DNA of 64,000 nucleotides from the human T2T-CHM13v2.0 reference genome, Homo sapiens, in the NCBI RefSeq assembly GCF_009914755.1, contig NC_060928.1. One strand, given 5' to 3'. The notes beneath the pieces were generated by a model that did no database searches, was not told the DNA's origin, and worked only from the letters and a program-made list of their open reading frames with translations. How positions within the stretch are numbered: position 1 is the stretch's first letter; the number at the start of each line of letters is the position of its first letter. Of this stretch, positions 13,273 to 30,336 are shown in pieces. The position numbers and the translations under genes were made by a program.

Positions 13273-13352
13273 GAGAAAGATCACCAACATTCCTTGAACG
13301 CCACACATCATGCTGATAAAATTCCTTTCCTTCAGTCACTCGGTATGCCAAG
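13273..13352 (+). CDS. SLC4A4: SLC4A4 penultimate exon read in two frames: A/B (R)ERSPTFLERHTSC* with TGA at 13314-13316; C EKDHQHSLNATHHADKIPFLQSLGMP(S)
   Basis: Acceptor tttattttccag and donor AG|gtaaag; 80 nt. Both frames were translated by hand. The C frame appears in ORF 13138..13356. Confidence 0.95.
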
Positions 13353-14056
13353 GTAAAGGAGAGCCCAGTATTTTATGTTTTTCTGTGGGATAATTGCCCC
13401 ACAGAAATGTAGTTAATGGTGGGTTATTGACAGAACTTCTTGTTCTCCTTCGTCTCTATTATTTATCTTAAATAAATTACCCAGTGACCAAAACTTGTTC
13501 CAGCTTTTACTAGTAGAAAGCATTCTAAGAGACCTAGTTACTCTTACAAATAATGGAATCTTTCAGTATCATTAAGTTACAACCCAGGATCAACATTAGC
13601 TCTTTTAATTTCAGTATCGTCCCTGATTTGAAGAGGTAACTGGCACTTTCTGACAGTTCTTCTCCAGTGGTTTCTTTCCCTCTTAATGAAGTTCTAGGGA
13701 TTTCAGATTCTACTTGATTTTCTGAAATCTCTGAATGTTTTTATTATGTCAGTCTTTTTGTCCTTTAATTTCTGACAGCATTACCCACCTGGTAGTACCT
13801 CTTTTCCTTTTGTGTTTGTTGTTTTTATTAATTTAATCTAGGTATGAGATCGTATGAATTTTTTTACTTGAATTTCTTGACTCTGCTGGTAACCTTCATC
13901 CCATTTAAAATGTTTGTTTTTAATACACAAAGAGAATATAAATATTAAAAGAGAACAAAGAAGGACACATTTGACTTCTATACAATGCATAAACATTTGA
14001 CAGATGATGAAGGAAATCTGATTTACTTACTACTTTTTTTTTTCCTTTTTCTCTAG

Positions 14057-14162
14057 TCCTCCTAGAACTCCAGTAAAAGTTGTGCCTCAAATTAGACTAG
14101 AACTTGAACCTGAAGACAATGATTATTTCTGGAGGAGCAAGGGAACAGAAACTACATTGTAA
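14057..14162 (+). CDS. SLC4A4: SLC4A4 terminal exon, coding only in NBCe1-C: (S)PPRTPVKVVPQIRLELEPEDNDYFWRSKGTETTL*
   Basis: Long polypyrimidine tract plus ctctag acceptor; TAA at 14160-14162. The unique tail totals 61 aa and ends in class I PDZ ligand ETTL. Confidence 0.93.
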
Positions 14163-17100
14163 CCTGTTTGTCTTTCTTAAAACTGACATTTGTTGTTAAT
14201 GTCATTTGTTTTTGTTTGGCTGTTTGTTTATTTTTTAACTTTTATTTCGTCTCAGTTTTTGGTCACAGGCCAAATAATACAGCGCTCTCTCTGCTTCTCT
14301 CTTGCATAGATACAATCAAGACAATAGTGCACCGTTCCTTAAAAACAGCATCTGAGGAATCCCCCTTTTGTTCTTAAACTTTCAGATGTGTCCTTTGATA
14401 ACCAAATTCTGTCACTCAAGACACAGACACCCACAGACCCTGTCCTTTGCCTCTATTAAGCAGAGGATGGAAGTATTAAGGATTTTGTAACACCTTTTAT
14501 GAAAATGTTGAAGGAACTTAAAACTTTAGCTTTGGAGCTGTGCTTACTGGCTTGTCTTTGTCTGGTAGAACAAACCTTGACCTCCAGACAGAGTCCCTTC
14601 TCACTTATAGAGCTCTCCAGGACTGGAAAAAGTGCTGCTATTTTAACTTGCTCTTGCTTGTAAATCCTAATCTTAGAGTTATCAAAAGAAGAAAAAACTG
14701 AAGGTACTTTACTCCCTATAGAGAAACCATTGCCATCATTGTAGCAAGTGCTGGAATGTCCCTTTTTTCCTATGCAACTTTTTTTAACCCTTTAATGAAC
14801 TTATCTGTTGAGTACATTGAAGAATATTTTTCTTCCTAGATTTTGTTGTTTAAATTATGGGGCCTAACCTGCCACTTATTTTTTGTCAATTTTTAAAACT
14901 TTTTTTTAATTACTGTAAAGAAAATGAATTTTTTCCTGCAGCAGGAAACATAGTTTTCAGTAGTTCTACCTCTTATTTGTAGCTGCCAGGCTTTCTGTAA
15001 AAATTGTATTGTATATAATGTGATTTTTACACATACATACACACACAAATACACAATCTCTAGGGTAAGCCAGAAGGCAAGATCAGATTAAAAACACCAT
15101 GTTTCTAAGCATCCATTTTTCCCTTTCTTTAAAAGAAACTTAACTGTTCTATGAAGGAGATTGAGGGAGAAGAGACAAACTCCTATGTCATGAGAATAAC
15201 CGATGTTCTGATAATAGTAGCATCTAGGTACAGATGCTGGTTGTATTACCACGTCAATGTCCTATGCAGTATTGTTAGACATTTTCTCATTTTGAAATAT
15301 TTGTGTGTTTGTGTATGTGCTCTGTGCCATGGCTGGTGTATATATGTGCAATGTTAGAAGGCAAAAGAGTGATGGTAGGCAGAGGGCAAAGTCATTGAAT
15401 CTCTTATGCCAGTTTTCATAAAACCCAAACCACATATGAAAAAATCCATTAAGGGTCCAAGAAGTCTGTCCATATGAAAATGAGGGTAAATATAGTTTAT
15501 TTCCCAGGTATCAGTCATTATAATTGATATAATAGCTCTAACATGCAATATAAAATTCATAGGAGTATTAATAGCCCATTTACACATCTATAAAATGTAA
15601 TGGGATTGCAGAGCTGCAGAGTACAGTGTAACAGTACTCTCATGCAATTTTTTTCAGGATGCAAAGGCAATTATTCTTTGTAAGCGGGACATTTAGAATA
15701 TATTTGTGTACATATTATATGTATGTATATTTCAAAGTACCACACTGAAAATTAGACATTTATTAACCAAATTTAACGTGGTATTTAAAGGTAATATTTT
15801 TAATATGATACATTACATATTGTGAATGTATACTAAAAAAACATTTTAAATGTTAAAATTATAATTTCAGATTCATATAACCACAACTGTGATATATCCT
15901 AACTATAACCAGTTGTTGAGGGGTATACTAGAAGCAGAATGAAACCACATTTTTTGGTTTGATAATATGCACTTATTGACTCCCACTCATTGTTATGTTA
16001 ATTAAGTTATTATTCTGTCTCCTTGTAATTTTGATTACAAAAATTTTATTATCCTGAGTTAGCTGTTACTTTTACAGTACCTGATACTCCTAAAACTTTT
16101 AACTTATACAAATTAGTCAATAATGACCCCAATTTTTTCATTAAAATAATAGTGGTGAATTATATGTTATTGTGTTAAAACCTCACTTGCCAAATTCTGG
16201 CTTCACATTTGTATTTAGGGCTATCCTTAAAATGATGAGTCTATATTATCTAGCTTTCTATTACCCTAATATAAACTGGTATAAGAAGACTTTCCTTTTT
16301 TCTTTATGCATGGAAGCATCAATAAATTGTTTAAAAACCATGTATAGTAAATTCAGCTTAACCCGTGATCTTCTTAAGTTAAAGGTACTTTTGTTTTATA
16401 AAAGCTCTAGATAAAACTTTCTTTTCTGATCATGAATCAAGTATCTGTGGTTTCATGCCCCTCTCTATACCTTTCAAAGAACTCCTGAAGCAACTTAACT
16501 CATCATTTCAGCCTCTGAGTAGAGGTAAAACCTATGTGTACTTCTGTTTATGATCCATATTGATATTTATGACATGAACACAGAATAGTACCTTACATTT
16601 GCTAAACAGACAGTTAATATCAAATCCTTTCAATATTCTGGGAACCCAGGGAAGTTTTTAAAAATGTCATTACTTTCAAAGGAACAGAAGTAGTTAACCA
16701 AACTAACAAGCAAAACCTGAGGTTTACCTAGTGACACCAAATTATCGGTATTTTAACTGAATTTACCCATTGACTAAGAATGAACCGGATTTGGTGGTGG
16801 TTTTGTTTCTATGCAAACTGGACACAAATTACAACAGTAAATTTTTTTATAAGTGCTTCTCCCTTCTCCATGATGTGACTTCCGGAGATAAAGGATTCAA
16901 AAGATAAAGACAAAGTACGCTCAGAGTTGTTAACCAGAAAGTCCTGGCTGTGGTTGCAGAAACACTGTTGGAAGAAAAGAGATGACTAAGTCAAGTGTCT
17001 GCCTTATCAAAAGAGCAAAAATGCCTCTGGTTTTGTGTTTGGGAGAAAAATATCTTGGACGCACTGTTTTCCTTGATAAAAGTCATCTTCTCTACTGTGT

Positions 17101-18357
17101 GAAATGAATACTTGGAATTCTAATTGTTTTGTGTGCCAGGGGCAGTAATGTCCCTGCCTCTTCTCCCAATCAAGGTTGAGGAGTGGGGCTGGGGAGAGGA
17201 CTTAACTGACTTAAGAAGTAGGAAAACAAAAACCTCTCTCCTCAGCCTTCCACCTCCAAGAGAGGAGGAAAAACAGTTGTCTGCTGTCTGTAATTCAGTT
17301 TGCGTGTATTTTATGCTCATGCACCAACCCATACAGAGTAAATCTTTTATCAACTATATACTGGTGTTTAATAGAGAATGATTGTCTTCCGAGTTTTTTG
17401 GTTCCTTTTTTAACTGTGTTAAAGTACTTGAAATGTATTGACTGCTGACTATATTTTAAAAACAAAATGAAATAATTTGAGTTGTATTACAGAGGTTGAC
17501 ATTGTTCAGGGATGGGACAAAGCCTTCTTCAATCCTTTTCATACTACTTAATGATTTTGGTGCAGGAACCTGAGATTTTCTGATTTATATTTCATGATAT
17601 TTCACATTTGCTCTTCACAGCATGAGCATGAAGCCCAGTGGCACCAAATGGCTGGGTACAATCAAGTGATATTTTGTAGCACCTCACTATCTGAAAGGCC
17701 ATGAGTTTTCAGATGATTTCATTGAGCTTCATTGCAGCCTGAAATTTTAAAAAAGTTGTGTAATACGCCAACCAGTCAAGTTGTGTTTTGGCCAGAGATT
17801 TAGATATGTCCAATTTCCTGGCTCATTTCATTGTGCTCTATGGGTACGTATAAAAAGCAAGAATTCTGTTTCCTAGGCAAACATTGCAACTCAGGGCTAA
17901 AGTCATCCAGTGAAACTTTTAGAGCCAGAAGTAACTTTGTCCCAGTCCTACAATGTGAAAAGAGTGAATAGTTGCCTCTTTTTAGCCATTTTCATGGCTG
18001 GTACATATTCGTACGCATTACTTTTCAGAATCAATACGCACTTTCAGATATTCTTATTTTTATTCTCTTAAGTCTTTATTAACTTTGGAGAGAGAAATGA
18101 TGCATCTTTTTATTTTAAATGAAGTAGATCAACATGGTGGAACAAAATGATAAAGAACAGAAAACATTTCAATATATTACTAATAACTTTTTCCAATATA
18201 AATCCTAAAATTCCTATAACATAGTATTTTACAGTTTTATGAAGCTTTCTATTGTGACTTTTATGGAATTAAGAGATGAAGAAGATGAGATATTTTAGCA
18301 TTTATATTTTTCAAAATTATATGTATACTTAAAAATAAAGTAACTTTATGCATTTAT
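14163..18357 (+). other. SLC4A4: SLC4A4 long 3'UTR (terminal exon)
   Basis: About 4.2 kb of AU-rich sequence with no recognisable interspersed repeats, ending at AATAAA plus a GU-rich downstream element. The exact cleavage base is approximate. Confidence 0.85.
18334..18339 (+). terminator. Distal polyadenylation signal AATAAA
   Basis: AATAAA with upstream TGTA and U-rich sequence and downstream tgtcaagtgtttctgtt (GU-rich). Unique sequence gives way to repeats ~1.3 kb later. Confidence 0.8.
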
Positions 18358-19647
18358 GACTGTCAAGTGTTTCTGTTCAACTCCTCAAATAATTGTTAAA
18401 TGCCCATTATTTTACTTCTTTGGGTGCTGCAGGGAATACAAAGATGATCAAGTCAGAGTCTCTGTCCCCAGATTGCTTTAGTTACCCCAGGCAGGAGGAT
18501 AAAATTAGTGTCCAAATTATATTTTTAAAAAGATTATAAGAATTATCTAAGTATTAATGAAATGCTATTATGCAAAGATTCTAAGCAAGAAAAAATAGGT
18601 CCAACTAAGAGCAATAGGAATTTTTTCTTGAGAAGATAGTATTGTCTTCTTTTATAAAGTTAGTGAAATATAAAATACCACTTTCTTGAATCCAGGATGA
18701 GGTATACAGTAAATTAATTCTCAAAACAAAACAAAAAAAACAAAAAACAAACTGCTAAGCACAAAAAGTACTTATTAAAAAATAATTGTTCAATTGAATG
18801 AAATCTTAGAATGATTTTTCACAGAAGATACATTATATACACTTTTGCTGGGCCTATCCAAGGTTTTGTGTACTATTTAAAATTCTCTAGGTAGTTTCAG
18901 TCCAAAATTATAATCAGAGAGTGGTGGTGTTGGGTGGGGGGAGGGGGGAACAAATAATAGAAGTGATGAAAGAGAACTTCTGGTTGCAGTAAAAGGTGAC
19001 GTAAAAACAAAATTAATGAGGCAGTGACATTGGCTCAATCTTTCAATCTGAAAACATAACAGAATCGCTCTGAGCATGAGGGGACTGATAGTGGTGGTGA
19101 TAATGGGGGCTAGGGAATGGGATTTGGAGTTTATCTTTGAGCTGAAAGAAGCAGCAGAAGCCACACACAGAATAAATTCTAATATGGGAGAATCTGAATT
19201 TTCAGCATACACACAGAAGATTCATTAAATAATATTGCCACGCATAACAATAAAAGTTGAGAAATTAGATCAAATTTAGTATATTATGGAAAAGAGTATA
19301 CTTTTGCATGTGTTTTTGCATTTTTACCAACCCTTCATTATGCTATATATCCTACCTGATGCCCCTGAAAACTAGGAGGTAGAACACAAAACCCTATGAG
19401 ATACCAAATCATCTTTCTCAAGGTCTAGGCATGACAGCCTGAGCACCTTAGATCTCAAATCCTTATTCAGAATATATGCTCATTTAATTCAAAATGTTAA
19501 CAAGCTCGGTCATCTATAGATTTCTTAAAATGGAGGAAATTAGAAACAACAGAGAAAACTATTGATAAGAGAATTGATGTAGCAAGAATAGCTTAGTCTT
19601 GACAGGAAGAAAGAAGATATTTAAAAGCTGTATAAAATTTATTCTAA

Positions 19648-26070
<6,423 letters not shown>

Positions 26071-26099
26071 AGAAATCTATACCAAATACCAGGCCACTA

Positions 26100-27030
26100 A
26101 GATTTTAGAAGTTTTGTAATTTTAGTTCTTATAGTTAGTTCCATGCTCTATTTCAAGAAACATGTGTATGGTATGAGGAAAGAATCAAGCTTCATTATTT
26201 TACATATAACTAGTAAATTGTTCTAGCACTATACATAAAAAAGACTATTCTTCCTCCATGAAATTGCTTTGTACCTTTGCTGGAAATCAGTTGACAATTA
26301 TATGTGTGAATATTTTACTGTGTTCTTTATTCTGTTTCACTGATCTATTTGTCTATTTTGACCCAAATAGCACACTATCTTAATTACTGTACTTTTAGAA
26401 TGCCTTAAAATCAGATAGTGCAAGTTTTTCAACTCTTATTATTTTCCAAACTGTTTAGGCTGCACTCATGACTTTGAATTTCCATGCATATTTTAGAATA
26501 AGCATGTCAATTTCTTAAAACGTTGCTGAAATTTTGAAATTGTAGTTGTGCCAAATCTATAAATCAGACAGCAATCCTACTCCTAGCTATACATCCAAAA
26601 AAAGAGGTATGCTTATGTGTACAGGGACACATCCGCAGGAATGTTCATATCAGTATTATCTATGATAATCCCCAATTGGAAAGAAAGCAAATTTCTAACA
26701 ATATTAAAATAGATAGATATATGATATAGAGAAATGGAAATGAACAAACTACAAGTACATGCATTAACATGAATTAATCTCTCAAATTATGTTAAAGGAA
26801 AAAAGCAAGTTAAAGTAATACCTCCAGTATAAATCTGTGTATAAAAATTTAAAAACAGGCAAAATAAACTATCATTTTAAGGATGCATATATATCCTGTA
26901 TAATGGTAAAAATAAAGCCTACAAATCAGGATTATGGCTATCCCTAGAAGGAACGGAATATGAATCATTGTTTTCCTTCTATGATACTGGCAATTAGCTA
27001 CAGAATATTTTACAGTTATTTTTAAGATAT
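26100..27030. mobile_element. Highly decayed L1M (L1ME-like) fragments in both orientations
   Basis: Minus-strand ORF2 3' remnant ~26100-26560, then plus-strand cagcaatcctactcctagctatacatcc... 3' remnant. Confidence 0.55.
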
Positions 27031-27112
27031 ATATTATATATCTCATATATATATACACATACATACAATACATGTATATGTGTGTTCATGCGCATTATAT
27101 ATATTATGTATG
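27027..27112. repeat. Imperfect (TA)n/(CATA)n low-complexity tract
   Basis: atatatattatatatctcatatatatatacacatacatac... Confidence 0.7.
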
Positions 27113-27441
27113 ATACCTTTAACCAAAAAAATGAAAATAGTTGTTACTGCAAATTTGTGTGCAAGGATTGGTGTTTTTGACCTGTGGGCTTCATTGTAAG
27201 GTAGATTGATTGGGCTATGTATTTTGAAACTCCAACTCTCACCACCTGGGAGACTTTCTCTTGGTTTCGTCAATTTATTGAGAGAGGAATCCTTAACCTG
27301 GTTGACAGTGCTCTCAGAAATAAATTAAAGAAGTGAGCTAAGTTGTTTCACTATTTCATATAGAATGTTTCATTTAATTCTCCTCATAAAGCATAAAGCC
27401 TCAGTCTTGTGCTTGTCTGGGGAGGAATACTGCCTGGGTAT

Positions 27442-27792
27442 TATATTAGTCCATTTTCACACTGCTAATAAACATACCTGAGACTGGGAAATTTACAAAA
27501 GAAAGAGCGTTAATGGACTTACAGTTCCATGTGGCTGGGAAGGCCTCACAATCATGGTGGAAGGTGAAAGACATGTCTCACATGGTGGCAGACAAGAGAG
27601 AGCTAGTATGGGGAAACTCCCATTTTTAAAACCATCAGATCTCATGAGACTTATTCACTATCAGAACAGCACAGGAAAGACTCACCCCCATGATTCAATC
27701 ACCTCCCATCATGTTCCTCCCATGACACGTGGGAATTGTGGGAGTTACAATTCAAGATGAGATTTGGGTGGGAACACAGCCAAACCATATTG
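27442..27792 (-). mobile_element. THE1-family MaLR solo LTR
   Basis: Reverse-orientation THE1 (tattagtccattttcacactgct...cacagccaaaccatat). 5-bp TSD GGTAT at 27437-27441 and 27793-27797. Confidence 0.9.
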
Positions 27793-28673
27793 GGTATACA
27801 TGGTGTGGGAAGGAAATATGATATTTCCTTGCATAGACTTTTACCCAATCTCTTTTCAGCCCACTCATATCTCCACTCCCAGAGGTAGCTCATTCCCTCA
27901 ATTCCAAGACTTTCTGGAGTTCTGTGGAACCAGTTGGCTTGCTTCTGTATTTTCACCACTGCTGGTTTAACTTTTATTTTTCTCAATCTGTTGAATCAAT
28001 TTCTAGTTGGCTCATTGCTTTCCAGCTTCCATTATTTTATTTGCTACCATCTGTTCTCTTTTCTTCATCTTTGTGTTTTATCTCAACATGTAAATACACA
28101 AAAACACATACTAAGTAGTCATATCTTGGTTTCTAATCCTCTTCTCCAATAAAATGAACCAGGAAATAGCTGGTTCTAGAGCTAGTTATGGATGATACAA
28201 GATGATCCTTGAGCATCTTGTAGTGTCAAAATGCAAAAAACTGTTAAAAGGATAAAAATACAGAAGATAGTAAAAGAACACAGGCAGTAAGCTAAAGAGC
28301 TCCTGTTGGCCAAAGGTGGAAAAATTTGAGCAGCAAAATAAATAATAAAGTTGTTGTCCAATACAAAAAGTATTAGATAAATATACATAAGAATAAATTG
28401 ATATAAATATGTGACTGAATGAATAAATAGGGGAGGAGGGATAAATCTCCCTTACAAAATAATTCTAAAGAATATATGTAGATACTCCCTGACCTAGGAA
28501 GTGGAGCTTAATTCTTCTCCCCTTGAGTGTGGGCTGGACTTATTGACTTCTTTTCAAATGATAGAGTTTGGAAAGGAAATAATAACTTTACTGTACATTT
28601 CAGACATTATCTTAACCAAGTGATCAAAGTTAACATCAACAGTGATATGTCATGTTGATATCATGTAACCCTG

Positions 28674-29027
28674 TGATATGGTTTGGCTCTGTGTCCCTAC
28701 CCAAATCTCATCCTGTAGCTCCCACAATTCCCACATGTGTGGGAGGGACCTGGTGGAAGATGACTGAATCATGAGGGTGGATCTTTCCTGTGCTGTTCTT
28801 GTGATAGTGAATGGGTCTCACAAGATCTGATAGTTTTAAAAATGGGAGTTTCCCTGCACAAGTTCTCTCTTCGCCTGCTGCCATCCACATAAGATGTGAC
28901 TTCCTCCTTCTTGCCTTCTGCCATGATGGTGATGCCTCCCCACCCATGTGGAACTGTAAGTCCAATAAATCTCTTTATTTTGTAAATTATCTTGTCTTTA
29001 TCAGCAGCATGAAAACAGACTAATACA
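28674..29027 (+). mobile_element. THE1-family MaLR solo LTR
   Basis: TGATATGGTTTGGCT...GACTAATACA with a perfect TSD CCCTG (28669-28673 / 29028-29032). Confidence 0.92.
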
Positions 29028-29148
29028 CCCTGATTTGATACAATGTGAAGGATACTTCTGTGATGTTGTTTCCCAAATCTCATAATTTCAATTTAATTAT
29101 GAGAAAACCTCAGACAAATCTAAATTGAAGGATGTTTTACAAACTGCC

Positions 29149-29483
29149 TGCTATGGTCTGAATGTTTGCATCCCCCCAAAATTCATATTATTGAAACATA
29201 ATCTCTACCTCTTAATAATATTAAGAGGTAGGGCCTTTGGGAGGTGGCTAGGTCTTGAGGGAAGAGCCCTCATGAATGAGATTAGTGTTCTTGTAAAAGA
29301 GGCTCAAGGGAACTTGTTCACTCCTTCTACCAAGTGTGATGCCATCTGTGAGAAAGTAGACTCTCATCAGGCACCAAATCTGCTGGTGCCTTGATCCTGG
29401 ACTTCCTAGCCTCAAGAACTTTATTGTTTATAAATTACACAGTCTAAGGCATTTTGTTACAGCAGCCCAAATTGACTCAGACA
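29149..29483 (+). mobile_element. MLT1A-like MaLR solo LTR
   Basis: TGCTATGGTCTGAATGTTTG...GACTCAGACA with a perfect TSD CTGCC (29144-29148 / 29484-29488). Confidence 0.88.
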
Positions 29484-29974
29484 CTGCCTCACCAGTATTC
29501 TCCAAAATTGTCAGGGTCATGAAAAAAAGAAAATACTGAGAAATTGTCAAAGATTAGAAGAGACTAAGGAGAACTGACCACTAAATTCAATGTAGTATCC
29601 TGAATTAAATCTTGCAACATTAGTGAGAAAATTGGTGAAATACAAAGAGTTTCTTTTATCTTAATAATAAATGTTAATGTCTGTTTTGACAAATGTACTG
29701 AGGTCATGTAAGATGTTAACTTTAAGGGAAACTGGAATCTCTCTGTATTGTTTGTAACTTCTTTTTTGTAAATTTAAAATTAAGAAGTTTATTGAAAAAA
29801 TCCCTGTTGTGAAGTTCCAAGAAGAAACTATGTTCTTCCAGGTTTTACCAGAAGTTCATAATCCTGGAAAAGTCCTACTTCTGCTTCAAGGCTCAGTTGG
29901 ACAGTGATGTCCTTGGGAAGCCTCCTGTAACTTCTCCAGACACAGGGTTTCCATAGAACCTGGTACTTACCTGC

Positions 29975-30336
29975 TGGTACGGTTTGGCTGTGTCCCCATC
30001 CAAATCTCATCTTGAATTATAGCTCCCATAATTCCCAAGTTTTGTTGGAGGGACCCAGTGGGAGACAACTGAATCATGGGGAAGGTCCCCCCATACTGTT
30101 CTTGTGGTAGTGAATAAGTCTCATGGGATCTGATGGTTTTATAAGGGGAAACTCCTTTCACTTGGTTCTCTTCTCTCTCTTGCCTGCTGCCATGTAAGAT
30201 GTGCCTTTCACCTTCCACCATAACTGTGAGGCCTCCCCAGCCACGTTGAACTGTGAGTCCATTAAACCTCTTTTTCTTTATAATTTACCCAGTCTTAGGT
30301 ATGTCTTTATCAGCAGTGTGAAGACAAACTAATACA
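29975..30336 (+). mobile_element. THE1-family MaLR solo LTR
   Basis: TGGTACGGTTTGGCTGTGTCCCC...AACTAATACA; TSD is degraded. Confidence 0.9.

Larger units (their letters stand above)
28200..29800 (+). mobile_element. L1MC/MD-like 3' region hosting two MaLR LTRs
   Basis: aaccaagtgatcaaagttaacatcaac...catgttgatatcatg...gagaaaacctcagacaaatctaaattgaagga...gtcatgtaagatgttaac. Confidence 0.6.

Noticed and set aside
13270-13275. CAGGAG NAGNAG acceptor at the penultimate exon
   Set aside because: A distal GAG acceptor is rarely used and nothing in the sequence supports its use.
14168-17381. Short ORFs within the 3'UTR
   Set aside because: All are under 90 aa with low-complexity composition and no homology I recognise; expected by chance.
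27690-30075. DUX4 sites in the three THE1 LTRs
   Set aside because: All three copies deviate from TAATTGAATCA (TGATTGAATCA, TGACTGAATCA, CAACTGAATCA), so binding cannot be claimed.
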